Source: the human T2T-CHM13v2.0 reference genome, Homo sapiens. From it: 64,000 nt of DNA. Of the stretch, positions 41,160-55,863 are shown in pieces (positions within the stretch are counted from its first letter, which is position 1; each line of letters starts with the position of its first letter). The translations under genes and the position numbers were made by a program. The stretch lies in assembly GCF_009914755.1 (NCBI RefSeq), contig NC_060947.1. One strand, written 5' to 3'. The notes beneath the pieces are model-generated. The model did no database searches. It was given only the letters and a program-made list of their open reading frames with translations, and had not been told where the DNA came from.

Positions 41160-41828
41160 ACTTACACAGACATTTAACTATGAAATCACATAATTCTGAT
41201 TTTTAAATTTTAATGTTTATTGAAATGTGTATATGAGTATACCTATACATGTATAAAATATTCATAGACAAAATGCCATTCAATCATTCAAAATATAAAT
41301 ATTGAGGGCAGATTTAAATCTTTATTAAGAATGTATTACTTTATTAATTTATTTTTATTGCTATATATAATTTTAACAGAATGAGAGAAAGAACAAGAAG
41401 TTTTGTGATTCATGAGACAGATGTACCAAAGAATGTTTGTTATTTGAAAGCTCCTTATTAACTATTCAGAGAAGGGCCACAGAATGTGTAGAAGCACGCT
41501 CCCTAAGTGTTTACCTTGAGATGTCTTTTTTTCATGATGTGACCAACTCAGTTCTGCATGTGCTCACCAAGCCAAGAGTAGTACATTTACTATCAGAAAA
41601 ATCATTGTCATTATGCAAAACAAAGTGATTCAACTGTCAAAAGCCATCTTCATGATGAAAATGGCATTGTTTTCTCTTTGTACAAATAAAGTTACATATA
41701 ATAATGTATGTTAAGCTTTAGGAATAATAGAATGCTCTTTATTTCTATATGTGGTTTTAGAATTCCTTCAGTTAACAGATTACAGTAATTTTTTACATAG
41801 AAACATTTTGATATAAAATATTAGGTGA

Positions 41829-42208
41829 TGTATTAGTCCATTTTCACACTGCTATAAAGAATTCCCGAGACCAGCTAATTTTTAAAGGAAAGAGGTTTAA
41901 TTGACTCACAGTTCCACATGGCTGGGGAGGTCTCAGGAAACTTATAATCACGGCAGAAAGTCAGAAAGTGAAGAGGAAGCAAGGCACGTATTATATGGTG
42001 GCAAACGAGAGAGAGAGAAGGGGGAAGTGCCAGGCACTTATCAAACAACCAGATCTTGTGAGAACTCACTATCATGAGAACAACATGGGGGAAACTCCCC
42101 TCATGATTCAATCACCTCCCATCAGGTCCCTCTTTCAACATGTGGGGATTACAATTTGGATTACAATTCCGGGTGAGATTTGGGTGGAAACACAGTCAAA
42201 CTATATCA
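41829..42208 (-). mobile_element. THE1D-like MaLR solo LTR
   Basis: tgtattagtcc...ctatatca with perfect 5-bp TSD ggtga (41824-41828, 42209-42213). Confidence 0.92.
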
Positions 42209-42932
42209 GGTGATCACCAGAAATTTTAATATTTTGAATCTTAAAAAGATAAAATATAAGCAAGTGATCAAAGTAAGCAATTAAATAGAGGCTGTGGTAA
42301 TAAAGGTGATGTCATGGTCCAAATGGCTATCAAAACATAAAATATTAAATCAAATTTCATTGTGTTCTTTCAGAAAGTATCATGATAGCTCAATCTCCAT
42401 CATAGAACTAGGATTACCAAATGTTTGCATCTACATAATGATGGCCTTGGTAAGAAAATTGCCAATCCTCAGCTGATTCAAAAATCCAAAGTTAAGTACA
42501 ATCAACAAATCTATCATTTGAATTCTATTTTTGCACCTACCTAATAAATCTCTAATTAAATATACAATGCTTTTTAATATTAGACAGTGGATTATAGGTT
42601 TTGCTTTCTTTTTTCCAAATATTAGTGTAAAATTTCAGCATCTACAGTCTTGCCCACCATTTATAAATGTTGGTTAAAAATTCCAGAAAAAGTAAGACTA
42701 TAAACAAAATGTCTGTTTATATGTGAGAGAACCTTGATACATAGGCCTGTGGTGTACATGTACACTAAAGATTTTACATTATTAATTTTAAAAGCGTCTT
42801 AAAGTTCTGCTGACATTAAAACACTTTTAACTACTTTACTATTTTTTAGTGTATCACAAATAGAAAATTGTTCACATTCTGGTAATCCATAACAAAAACT
42901 CAAAGGCAGATTGCATTTTGATTCAAGTATAG

Positions 42933-43378
42933 ATGGTAGATTAATTTATCGTTGAGCAAATATTCACTTCTTTCCTCCCCTGCCCCCATCTATATGGGAA
43001 GAGTATACATCCACAACCCACTGATGTTAGGTTTGGCAATATGACTTACTTTTGCCAATGGGATGCTAGTGGATATGAAATGAGATTTGAAATGTGCTTG
43101 TGTGATTGTGAACTTGGACTTGTTCTCATGCATATCTTACCATTGCCATAAATAGTAGATGCCACAGTTAGCCCCTGGTAGAAACAGGATGAAAGTTACA
43201 TGTAGCAGACTTGGGCTCTAACTGCAGTTTGGAGCCAAGCCCAAACAAACTCAACCAAGGTCATTAAATACCACCCAACCTGCACAACATGAGAGAGAGA
43301 TGAATACTTACTGTATGCATTGAATTTGGGATTTAAAAAATATATACAGTACAATTATGGCAATAGCTAACTGAATCA
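42933..43378 (+). mobile_element. MLT1H-like LTR
   Basis: atgacttacttttgccaatgggatg, ctgcagtttggagccaagccc, tggcaatagctaactga. Confidence 0.7.
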
Positions 43379-43526
43379 ATAAACTATTCAAAGAACTACA
43401 CAGGCATTTAAAAACTCTTTCAGGGCAAAATCTGGTTCAATATCTACCCCTGCAAGGTAAATTAGATTAATTGCTATAATTGTTAAACTTGGATTTTATA
43501 ACAACTTGGAATGATTTGAAAATAAC

Positions 43527-43912
43527 GGATATAGTTTGGGCATTTGTCCCCTCCAAATCTCATGTAGAAATGTGACCCCGAGTGCTGGAGGTAGGTCCTA
43601 GTGGGAGGTGTTTGAGTCATGGGAACAAATCCCTCATGGATGGCTCGGTGCCCTCCTTGGTAATGAGTGAGTTCTTGCTCTATTAGTTCATGTGAGAGCT
43701 GATTGCTTTAAGAGGCTGGCACCTCCTCCCTTCCCTCTTGCACCCTCTCTCACCATGTGATAAGCCTGCTCCTCTTTGCCTTCTGCCATGACTGTAAACT
43801 TCCTGAGACTTCAACAGAAGCAGATGCTGGCACCAGCCAAAATATATACCTTTTTTAATAAATTGCCCAGCCTCAGGGATACCTTTATAGCAACACAAAA
43901 CCGACTAACACA
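43527..43912 (+). mobile_element. MSTB-like MaLR solo LTR
   Basis: gatatagtttgg..tttgtcccctccaaatctcatg...agaagcagatgctggc...gactaacaca; TSD ataac/ataat. Confidence 0.88.
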
Positions 43913-43991
43913 ATAATATGCTCTACAAATATTATGTATGCAAAATTACTAAGCAATTATATTAAAATACACCAAAATTTATCTTATACTA

Positions 43992-44353
43992 CAGTAGTCC
44001 CCACTTATCTGTGGTTTCACATTCTATAGCTTCAGCTACCTGCAGTCAACCACAATCCAAAAACGTTAAATGAAAAATTTTGGGAATAAACAAATCATAC
44101 ATTTTAAATAGTGCACTGTTTTGAGCAGTGTGATTAAATCTCATGCCATCCCATTCCATTCTGTCCAGGATGTGGATCATTCATTTGTGCAACATATCTA
44201 TGCTGTCTATACTACCTGTTAATCACTTTATAGCCATCTCAGTTATCAAATTGAAAACAACATAGTATATATAGGGTTTGGTACTATTTGCGGTTTCAGG
44301 CATTCAGTGGGGGTGCTAGAACATGTCCCCCCTTGAATAAGGGGGGACTACTG
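43992..44353. mobile_element. MER44-like TcMar-Tigger MITE
   Basis: TIRs cagtagtccccacttatc / ataaggggggactactg, each flanked by TA. Confidence 0.88.
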
Positions 44354-44423
44354 TACTGTGATGGCTAATTTTGTGAGTCAACTTGACTGGGCTAAGGGAT
44401 ACTCAGATAGCTGGTAAATCATG

Positions 44424-44786
44424 TGTATTAGTCTGTTCTCACACTGCTATAAAAAACTACCTGAGACTGGGCAATTTATAAAGAAAAGAGGTTTAATTGA
44501 CTCACAGTTCCACGTGGCTGGGGAAGCCTCAGGAAACTTACAATCATGGCAGAAGGTGAAGGGGTAGCAGGCATATCTTCACATGGCTGACAGGAGAGAG
44601 AGAGAGCAATGGGGGAAGTGCTACACACTTTCAAATAACCAGCATGAGAACTCACTCACTATCATGAGAACAGCAAGAGGGAAATCTGACCCATGATCCA
44701 ATCACCTCCCACCAGGTTCCTCCCCAACACTGGGGATTACAATTCAACATGAGATTTAGGTGGGGACACAGAGCCACACCATAACA
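44424..44786 (-). mobile_element. THE1D/MSTA-like solo LTR nested in MLT2
   Basis: tgtattagtctgttctcacactgctataaa...ggggacacagagccacaccataaca. Confidence 0.9.
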
Positions 44787-45173
44787 CCATTATTTCTGGG
44801 TGTGTCTATGAGAGTGTTTCCAGAAGAGATTAGTATTTGAATCAGTAGACTAAGTAAAGACTACCCTCACCAATGTGGCTGGTTATCATCCAATCTATTG
44901 AGGGCCCAAATAGAACAAAAAGGCAAAGGAAGGATGAATTTGCTCACTCTCTCTGTTGAGGTGGGACAATCATCTTTTCTTGACCTTGGACATTGGCACT
45001 TCTGGCTCTTGGGCCTTCAGATTCAGACTGAGACTTACACCATCACCCCTCCCTGACCCTCACCTATTCTCAGGCCTTCAGTCTTGGACTGCATTATACT
45101 ACTAGCTTTCCTGATTTTCTAGCCAGCAGTCATAAGATTCTGCTCCTCCATAATCACATGAGACAATTTCCAT

Positions 45174-45278
45174 TATCTATCTATCTATTTATCTATCTAT
45201 CATCTATCTATCTATCTATCTATCATCTATCTATCTCTATCTGTCTGTCTATCTATCTATCTAATCTATCATCTATCC
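45174..45278. repeat. (TCTA)n tetranucleotide microsatellite
   Basis: Seen directly, at the position where MLT2 LTRs usually carry a simple repeat. Confidence 0.93.
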
Positions 45279-47607
45279 TTTTCTTCCCGTTTCTCTGGGG
45301 GATCCTGATTAATACAACCAACAATTTGACATTCAATAAATACTTAGTAATGTCTACTATAAATAATCAGGCACATGTAAGCATCATTTAGATGTTCAAA
45401 CCAAATGAGAACAGGGAGTTGTCAACAGTTCAATAGGCCGAAAGAAAAGAAGACCCATCTGGGAATTTCCTGACATATTTTCCTCATCATATTTCTTTCA
45501 TATTGTCTCAATTGGTTATTATACTCTTTCCTGCTGACTTGGCTATCTCTAGAAGTTTTATTATTATTACTGTTCAATCCATTTCTCTATCTCTTCTTTA
45601 CTACTTTCTGTTTTTACAGTATTTTTAATAAAGCACCAACAAAAAGAAAATTCATCTAATTTGAAGTAATTTTGCTCCTGAGGATAGGAGGAAGGAATAG
45701 TAAAATATTCAAACTTTTACCACTATACACAATGAAATGTATGTTCTAACAACTTTAAGCAGATGACTTAGCTTCTCTGTGCCTCAGTTTCCTTGATCCA
45801 TGAGGTGGGGACAAAATAATATATACCCACACTCCTCAGCATTGAGATAATCACATTGTGTGTCTGAAAACACTTAAGTAATGTAAGTCATTTGTTCTCT
45901 TTTTAAATGTAGAGGCACTTTTGAATCACATAAAATTTACTCCTTACAAAAAAAACTGGCTTTGAAAATTTCAGTAATATAGCGATTTTACGTATTCTTC
46001 CACTAAATAAAAAGACGTTCCTCTTTACAAAAGCAAGAAAAAAATGTTAAGTGGGAAAGCCTTTAAAAAAATTATATTCTAGCATTGATAGTATGGATAT
46101 GTTTGGAAGTGAGTTTATCACTACACAATAGTCCAAATGATCCAAAATAGATCTTGTCATGAGCAGATTGTTATTATGATTGAATTTTTTACACCAGGGT
46201 TGTAAATGTTTCATAAAATATGTAAATGAATTGTTTTGTTATATCTGGCTTTCTTCATTATTTTTCTTTATAATTTCTTTGTTTGAAGTAGATGTGTCTG
46301 ATTTAGCTATAGCTTGGTTATTGTTTCAACGCCTTTCTTTCTTGGTGTTTGTCTTTTGGCCATTAATCCAGTCATCAGTCCAAGAAGTAGAGAAAAATAA
46401 TTAGAATTAGTTTCATTCAAAGAGTAAACAGCTTGGTTTAGTAGAAGCATAAAAAGCAAAGATTGGTTAGAATAATTTTTGAGATTTTAAAATAGGATTT
46501 CTGAATTACATACTTGTTTGTATATAACCTATATATCCTATACCTTACTACCATTGAGTATCTAAGATATTTCTTACTTTTTAGTTAAATTCACTTATAC
46601 TTTCAAAAATGGCAAATAATAAAAATTGAGTTAAAAACTATCCAGTTACTAAGACAAAACTTACATTTAAAGACCTACATCAAATTTAAAATGTAATAGA
46701 AAATATTTCTTTTCACTTAAACATCCAAGGTCTTTTATGAATAACTAATCAAAATGACAATAAATGTATACATGCATCAATAGTTATCACAATTAACATT
46801 AAATGCACATGCAATGAAACCTGAAATTAATAATCCTGAGGAGAGTTTCTTAAATTCTGGAAATGCATGGCTGTAACTAAGCAAGAAAGAAGTTAATTAC
46901 TTCAAAAATTACTTATTCGTTCTGAGAAAATAAATTTTTACATATCATGCTCATCTCAGGGCTCAGCTGGTGTCTTATATCATAAATAATATAATTGCCA
47001 CAGACTCCATAGACTATGTACCACTGAAAGTTGAAAGGAACTCTCTAATGTAAATGTGAAATATTACACATTACTATCAATAAGCTTTGCCATGAATTTC
47101 ACATTTATGTATAAGTACAACGCACACAACCATTTTCCTTCCTTAAAAATGGATTTTAGGTGCACTTAAAAAACACCCTATGCTTGTAGACATTGATATT
47201 TTTAAATGCTGTTCAAGTTGAAATCGAATTAGAACAAACTAGTCAATATTTGTTTGAATAGGAAGACAAATGACAGTCTAGTAAAAGCTAACAATGAGTT
47301 ATTCTACTTTGCCATCATAATGTGCATTTAATTTGTGGTCTTTCACATAGCAACATGATACCACTATCGACAGAACATATGCTTTCTGCTGTTTCACAAA
47401 TGGTGATAATTAGTTTTTTTCCTGAAGCAAAGACAGTATGGAATTCCACATATTTATCTGTATTTAACCAAATTCTCCACATGCCCTAAAACTAGAATTA
47501 TTAGTTATATAGGCTTACCTCTTTATAGAATGTACTTATTATCGCCTCATTATGCTTCTAATTTAACAATATTCTAAGTGGATTAATTCACTCATTAACA
47601 TTGAATG

Positions 47608-47917
47608 GGCCGGGCATGGTGGCTCACGCCTGTAATCCCAGCACTTTGGGAGGCAGAGGTAGGCGGATCACGAGGTCAGGAGATGGAGAACATCCTGGCT
47701 AACACGGTGAAACCACGTCTCTACTAAGAATACAAAAAATTAGCCGGGTGTTGGGGCAGGCGCCGGTAGTCCCAGCTACCCAGGAGGCTGAGGCCTGGAG
47801 GCGGAGCTTGCAGCGAGCAGAGATCGCGCCATTGCACTCCAGCCTTGGCGACAGAGCAAGACTCCGTCTCAAAAAAAAAAAAAACAAAAAACAAAAACAA
47901 AACAAAACAAAAAAAAA
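47608..47917 (+). mobile_element. AluY with an ~18-bp right-arm deletion
   Basis: atcctggctaacacggtgaaac, gcggagcttgcag; ggctgaggc|ctggaggcgg lacks aggagaatggcgtgaacc; TSD attgaatg. Confidence 0.95.
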
Positions 47918-48049
47918 TTGAATGAGCACTTACTATATCTGATCATTAAAAGTAAAAATGTTTAAGAACTGCAAGCCCTGGAACATAATGTTAATTTCTA
48001 TGTACGTGCAGTAGTATTGCAGGTTATACAATTCTTTTCTATGTGTTCT

Positions 48050-49100
48050 AAGTCAACTACGGTGAGCACACCTCTCTATTTACTCTTTAAATGTTGGATT
48101 TCCTACAAATTTCTGATCTCATTCTGTACTTTCTTCCTTGCCAATCTCATTTATATCCATTCCATCCATTTTCAAATACCTACTTACAACTTCAGCTGTG
48201 TACCTGAAGCCCAGACTTTGCTGAAGCCCAGTAAATTGCACACTTGCAGAATTCCCAGTTTTAATAGGTGGTACAATGGTGAATGCTGGGATATAAACAG
48301 GTGTCTTCACACTGTCCTCTCTCACACCATCCATATCCAAATTAGCCTATAAGTCCCGCAAATTCTACTCACACATGACTTCTTAATGTATCCAAATTTC
48401 TCCATCTCCAATGTCACCATCCTAGAATACTCAGTATCCATATTCTTTTTTTATATATTTGTGCATGTGTGTGTGTGTCCATGCACGTGTGTATGCATGT
48501 TTGCTTGCTTCCCTTAAATATGTTTAAATATGTTTCCTACATTGCAGTCACAGTGGCATTTACAAAATTTATATCTAATCAGGTCATTCCTCTGCTTTAA
48601 AACATTTAGCAGTTTTAATTTGCATCTGAGAAACCCAACCCCTTACTACACTCTCCTCATTGACTTTTACATTCATGTCAAAGTGGTCCTCTTTCAGTCA
48701 GTTGAGTGTACCAGGCTTATTCTTCACTCAACCCTTTGAACAGGCAGTTCCTTAAAGAAATAGTCCTTAAACCTCACCCCACCCTTGTGAATCTAACTCA
48801 CATTCATCCTTTTGTCTAGGTTCAAGTACTAATATTTCAGGACAGTCTTCTCAAACTTGTTGAATTAGATAATATCCCATGATTCTATTTTTCTGTCCTT
48901 TTCTTTAATAATCTTTAACAATTTGTAGTATGTATGTGTGTGTGTCTATTGGATTTATATCTGTCTTTCTCACTAGATCATAAGTTGACAAGCTCCACGA
49001 AGGCAGAGTATACCCACATTTTACTCATCATTTTATCCTCCACTCCTTGCCCAGTACCTGACCAAATTATATTACCAATAAATAGCTGTCAAATTAAGGA
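48050..49100 (+). mobile_element. Degenerate L2 LINE
   Basis: Pyrimidine-rich sense L2 motifs, ending ctagatcataag..ctccacgaaggcagag...cccagtacctg...aataaatagctg. Confidence 0.6.
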
Positions 49101-51378
49101 TTGCTTATTTATTTTGTACCCAGAAAAATATTAAAATGGGAAAGAAATTTATTGAGGTGGTAATCAAAGTACATAGAATTACATCATGTTCGCTTGCTAC
49201 AAGAATGCATAAATCTGACTGAGATTCCCATTTGACTTTACTAAAAAAGACAACTGACTGTCCATCAATTAAAGACAACATAGTTTCTTTTCAGTAAAAG
49301 AGCTAAGCTAAAGTCGTATTTCCTAAGTTTTTACAGCTGAATATTTAAGATTATACTACCATGAATAACATTCTTACAATAAATATCATACTAATTTTTC
49401 TTTATAATGATTTTAATACCAAGTTTATAGCTGGACTAATCCAAAACAATCATTTTGGTTATTAAAATAATGAGTAATATTACAAAAAATAACCAGAAAA
49501 GGCTAAAACAAAGTGATGCATGAGGTTGAGTGTGATACGTGAAACTAAATAAAGTTGCATATACATTGCCAAGGAATGTTTTCCACATTTGACCAGAAAA
49601 AGACTTCTGACAATCCTCTTCTCTACCTCTTGTTCAGTCTAAGCCTTTGCTATTTTCATGACTTTGTTCAACTTCCTGGATATAGTAAATATAAATTATA
49701 TGGATGAATAAAACCTTCCTAATCTTTATGAGCCTCAGTTTCTTTGAATGTACAGTCCAGTTAATAAAACCCAAACCACAGGCTAAGTAGGGCAATGCAC
49801 ACAATCCACTTCCTTGAACATTACGGTCCTTAATAAATAGTTATTATTATCTGTATTTTAAAATATTTGTCCTACTGCCTTACACTATTCCCTCATATTA
49901 TTGTCGTCCAATAACAGAAAGATGTTTTAGAGAATTGGGTGAGGATATCTGTGGGTCTCATTCCATAATTCAGTCACACTTTAGATCTATAAAGAAGTCT
50001 GAAAAGCCAAGCTAATTAACTTTTTTTTCTTTCTTAGGATACACCTCACTTGCTTTGTAGCAGTTGCTAACTTGCCCTCCCATTCCTTCTTACCTGCCCT
50101 ATGAGTGCACACATGTACACTGAGAGGATTAGTTCCCCTAAGTGAAAACAAAAGAAAACCAATGAACAAACCATTCAAAACCTCTTAGATCATCAGATTT
50201 AAAATGCTCAAAATGCTGCAGTATCAATTCAGTTTTCACATAATGCTTTCTGAATTAACCAAACTTTTACCTTTGCTTGGTAGTAGCCCTTTAATTTTTT
50301 TTCTTAATTTCTTTTAGCATTTTCTAACAATATGTCTTTTACATCTATAAAATCCCCTAGTGTTTAAATTAATTAAACTTGTTTCTTTATTTGATTGTTA
50401 TCCTTTTTTATTTCTTCCTTAAATTCCTACGATTTCCCCTTTTCTTAGCACAGGAAAATTCTAGCCACTAGCTAGTCACAACTTACCATATTATTATTAT
50501 TTACATGTTATTATTATATGTATTTGGCAGATTATTCCTTTCCAAATGAATTAATGCCACTTCTCTTGAAATTTCTTTTATATTATGTATATATATCCTA
50601 CAGCATCTAAATTTATTGTTTGCTTTTTGTAAACACTAGTGACAAAAAATAAATACTCATAACAGGCTAGTCCAATGGAAACTGAGGCCTAGGCAGGTAA
50701 AGGTATGGTCAAGTTCAGAGGCATGCTGAAGCTGAGCTAACACTGAAACCCAGTTGTCCTGGTTCCAATTTAGTATTCCATGTATCACTCCTATTGTGTT
50801 ACATTACCATTGCTATGCCTTTGAAAATACTGGAATGTAAGAGTAATGTATTGCTTTTTATATTTAAAGTTACTGTAATAGAAAGAATGAATGAGCTGTA
50901 AACTCTGTTGATTTTTGATTTTGACTTAGTACACTGAAGACATATAGGCGGGCCCATTCATACTGCATACCCACTCTTGGCATAGTGCTTGGTATATGCG
51001 TTTGTTAAATAAACGATAAGCAGAAAGTAATCCCTGAATTGAAGAAACAACATGAAGACATTAATGATGAAACAACAGACACTGTAAAGTTGAATATTTG
51101 AATGCAGCCTTCCAGTTAGGGAATTAGGGGCCTGAATTTTGCCTACTGAGGCAAATATTCCATTGAAATCGTTGCTTTATGGATGCCAGCAGCCACTAAG
51201 CACAATTGCTTCAAAGAGAATAATTTTTAAAAAATCTACAGCAGTAGAGATTTTAAATTCTTTTATACCCCATGATTTTATCTTCCTGTCCTTTTATTTC
51301 ATAATATATGTGTGCAACTTGGGAGTTCTAGCTACTGTTATGGTCAGAAATTCTGCAATAATTTATTTTTTCTAGGTA

Positions 51379-52001
51379 TGATAGGCAGAATTTTAAGATT
51401 TTCCCCAATGACCCGCAACCCTGTATAATCCCCTCCCATTAAGTGCAGGAAGTACCTATGAATATGATAGGATATCACTTGCATGATTAGGTTATGTTAC
51501 ATGACATAGTTGACTTTAAGAAGTGAAATTATCCTTGATGGACCTGACCTAATGAAGTGAGCCCTTAAAAGTGGCAAGACTCTTCCTGATGAAAGGGATT
51601 AAAATTATTGTGGATTCTACATGAAGGAGATTCTCCATTGCTGACTTTGAAAATGGAGAGGTCCATATGGCAAGGAATGTAGGCAACTTCCAGGAACTAA
51701 GAATGGCCCCGCCTGGCATCCAGCAAAAAAAAAAAAAAAAAATGGGGACCTCAGTCCTATAACCACAAGGAACTTGATTCTGCCATCAGCCTGAATCTTT
51801 CAAGTAAATCTGTGCCTGCTGCCTCCTGATAAGCATGCTGCCCAGTCAACAAGACACTCTGAGACTGAGGACCTGAGCAGAGAATACAGATGAACTGTAT
51901 CAGAATTACTGACCTACAGAACTGTGAGATAACAAATGGGTGTTATTTTAAGCCAGGAAGTTTGTGATAACTTGTTATGCATTCACAGAACACTTAATAT
52001 A
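51379..52001 (+). mobile_element. MLT1E-like MaLR LTR
   Basis: taggcagaattttaagat, gattaggttatgttac, ggggacctcagtcctataaccacaaggaact, ctgacctacagaactgtgagataa. Confidence 0.88.
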
Positions 52002-52811
52002 TTGAGAATCTCAAAGATTGGGTAAATACTTTTTTAGTACTTTCTCAAAGTTTCATTCCAATAAATATTTATAAGTAACTAGACGTCTGTAAAGTTTACA
52101 AAGTGTTTTTTCATATATATTTTAATTTAATCCTCCCATCAACTCAGTAAGAATAATATCCTTACTTTCCACTCTAAAATTTTTATAAGACATATATAGA
52201 GTAATGTTATTGCTCAATATCACAAAGGCAGATAATAAAATTATGGCTAAAATCTAAAACAAATGGAAATAAAAGTAAACAACAAATGAATAAAACAAAT
52301 TAAAAATAATATAATTAATGATGCTTTTTAAAATGTGTGGCCAGAATTAGCATTAAAGATTTAACACTCACCAGGGCTGGGGCTAGGATGAGGCAAATGA
52401 GGCATTTGCTTTGAGTTCAAAATTTAAAGTAAGGGAAGACCAAAAATTCTCAGTAATCAAAAGAGTAAGGTTTAGGGAAGAGGAAGTCATTAGAACTTCA
52501 GTCATTTATTGGCAGCATGTCCACTGAAATGGTTAAAATGTTATTGAAAACAGAAGGTTTAAGGATGAGCAATTAGTCCAAGTCAGACTGGAGCAGAATC
52601 AAGGTAACGGTGAATGAAGTCTTCAACCACTGAACGGCTAAAGTTTTTGCCAGATCACTCTGGAGACCTTCTTTTGTTTGAGAAGTTGTAGTTATATCAT
52701 TCAGGGAGTTACAGGATGGGTAAGGTAACAGGGAGAGAGGGAAGTTATGGTAGATAAAAAGCTCTAAAATCAATTCTAACAGCTGAATGGTGATAAACCT
52801 AGGTTTGTATT

Positions 52812-53197
52812 TGTCTTAGCCTATTTTATGTTCCTATAATAGTAAAATACAGACTGGGTAGTTTATAAGAAATGTATTTCTTACAATTTTGGAGGCCAGG
52901 AAGACCAAGTTCAAGGGGCTTGCATCTGGTGAGGGCCTTCTTGCTATATCATCCCACAGTGGAAGGCAGAAGGGCAAGAAAGCACAAACAAAAGAGAGAG
53001 GAAAGGGTAGTGAACTCATCCTTTTATTAGGAACTCACTTTCATAATAACTAACCTGCGATAATAGCAGTAATCCATTCATAGGAGCAGAGCCCTCATGA
53101 CCTAGTCACCTCTCAAAGGTCCCACATCTCAACACTATTGCTTAGGGGACTAAGTTTCTAACACGTGAACTTTGGGGAACACACTCAAGCCATAACA
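52812..53197 (-). mobile_element. MSTC/D-like MaLR solo LTR
   Basis: tgtcttag...gcatctggtgagggccttcttgct...gcagagccctcatgaccta.tcacctct...ccataaca. Confidence 0.85.
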
Positions 53198-54122
53198 ATA
53201 ACCTGAGACTCCTTACTCATAGTTTAATATCTTTGCTCCATAACATTCTACATTTCTAGGCTTATTAACCCAGAAACATGTCATAAAAGTTACAAGCTCA
53301 AGAAGTAAATATTCATTGAACAATCTAAATATTTCATTTAGTAACAGGTGAATTGAGAAGTTGGAAAATTTCTTTTAATAAATTGTGACAACATATTAGT
53401 ATATTTATTCAAATACATGAATATTTCTGCATTTACCACATTAATGAAAAGAGTCTTGATATAAAGTTCATTTGAATAGCCATATATTGAATCAGTTTGT
53501 GAACCCAGAGGGAAGAGTGCCACAATTGTTTTTTAGGTCTACACACATGCAAGCTAAGATAATAACAAAACTTGTATCACTTACCATATCCACATTACGA
53601 TTTGTAAAGATAAAAATAAAACCCAGTTGGCCTACTGACTGGCTAGCTATATAGGAACAACACAGAAACCTTCAAAGAAAGGTAGCTTTGAAGAAATCAT
53701 AGCAACATTTTCTGTTTTCCAAAATTATAACTATTTGTAGGCACAAGTAATGTCATGTGACAAACACTAGGGCCTGAACATTATTTATTCCAACACTTCT
53801 AACTAATAATCCTTAATAAGAGATTAATTATTCAATGGGTTATGAACCAGATTCATTCTCCAGAAAAATATTTTTGTAACTCAAAATTATAAATATGTAT
53901 TAAAAATTTTTGGACTAAAGAGTTTTCTCATATCAATTAGACAAAGATTTTGTTTTATTTATTCCTCTGGGCAATAAAAAGGCACACCTTAAGAATAGCA
54001 AATGAAGGTTAATAAAATATTCTACCTCTAGATCTATTTCAGCTAATAATCTCAAAAGGAATAATAGAATTAGAGTATTATAATTCTGCAACCAGTAACA
54101 AATTGATGAATGAGAGCGATGA

Positions 54123-54490
<368 letters not shown>

Positions 54491-55625
54491 TAATGGAAGT
54501 GTACAGCATCATCTCTGGAGTGGTCTTACCCACAGATTAATAAATAAATAAACCTTAATCTGAACAAGCTTCTCCCTATAACTATTGAAGATTATGATGC
54601 TGAATCTCAGGTATATTGGGTTATTATTCTATTTTCTGTAATGCTGTATACAATTGAGAATTTATATAATTCATGATTTATTATAAATATCATGCCTTTA
54701 AATTGGAAAACTCAAGTAAAATGAAACAATTTTTAATGAAATATAAGTTGATAACTAGGTTCATAAAGAAATAGAAAACTTTAATCAGATAGTACAAGCA
54801 AAACGTAGTCTAGCCCTGGGCACCCGCAAAATCTTCCAGGATCAGCCATGTTTGGAAGCCCATTACATCAAATCATGAAGGAAAAGTTTATCACCACATT
54901 AAATAAACTCTTACAAACCATACAAGAAGATGGGAAGCTATTCAACCACTTTAGCAGGCTAGCTATACTTGATACAAAAACTAGATGATCATATCCCAAG
55001 GAAAGAACACTTCAGCCAAATTTACTCACATAGAGACACATTCTAAATAAATGTATAGAATATCTAATACAGCAGTGAATAATACAGCAGTGAAGAAATA
55101 GGGAAATAGGCTGTGTCTAAGAAATGCAAAGATGATATCATATTAGGAAAAATGTGAATTGGAATTCACTATGTTAACAGAGAAGGAGAACGCATTTGAT
55201 CACATGCAGCAGTAAAGGAAAAGCCACTGGTAATAACTGAACACCAATTCATGGTAATAACCTTTAGTATATTTACATTAGAATGGAATTTCCATATCAT
55301 AAAATAAACAGCAATCATACTATTTGAAATGTTGGCAGCATTCTCAATAGTTCAGAACCAGATACAGAGGTGTGGTGCCAATTCTGCTGGTCAAACTCGG
55401 ACTGGATTGCGGAGCCAGTATACAGGCACACAGAAGAATACTAAGATAAAATTTATGAAAAATGAAAAGAAAGAGAATATGATTCTCTAATTAAAAATTC
55501 TAAAGAAATCAGCTCACAAAATATTCAAATGTATAAGGAAATTCAGTAAACTTGTGTAGAAAATCACTATAGTGAAATCAGGAATCTAGCCACATGAAAC
55601 AAACAACTAATTAGAAAATGTAACA

Positions 55626-55852
55626 ATGGGGTGGGGGTTGGGGGAGGCAGGGCATCAAGAAGATGAATGCTGGCTAATGGATGCTGGGCTTAATACCTAT
55701 GTGATGGGATGATCTGGGAAGCAAACCACCATGGCATATGTTTACCTATGTGACACGTGTTTACCTATGTGACACAAACCACCATGGCACATGTTTACAT
55801 ATGTGACAAACCTGCACACGTACCCCAGAACTTAAAAGTTGAAGAAAAAAAG
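55626..55852 (+). mobile_element. L1PA8-10-like extreme 3' end
   Basis: gctaatggatgctgggcttaatacct..gtgatgggatgatct...caaaccaccatggca...ccccagaacttaaaa; flanked by agaaaatgtaa repeats. Confidence 0.85.
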
Positions 55853-55863
55853 AGAAAATGTAA

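Larger units (their letters stand above)
44357..45316 (+). mobile_element. MLT2(B-like) ERVL LTR split by a nested MaLR LTR
   Basis: tgtgatggctaatttt..gtcaacttgactgggctaaggga...| resumes ccattatttctgggtgtgtct...gattaataca. Confidence 0.88.
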
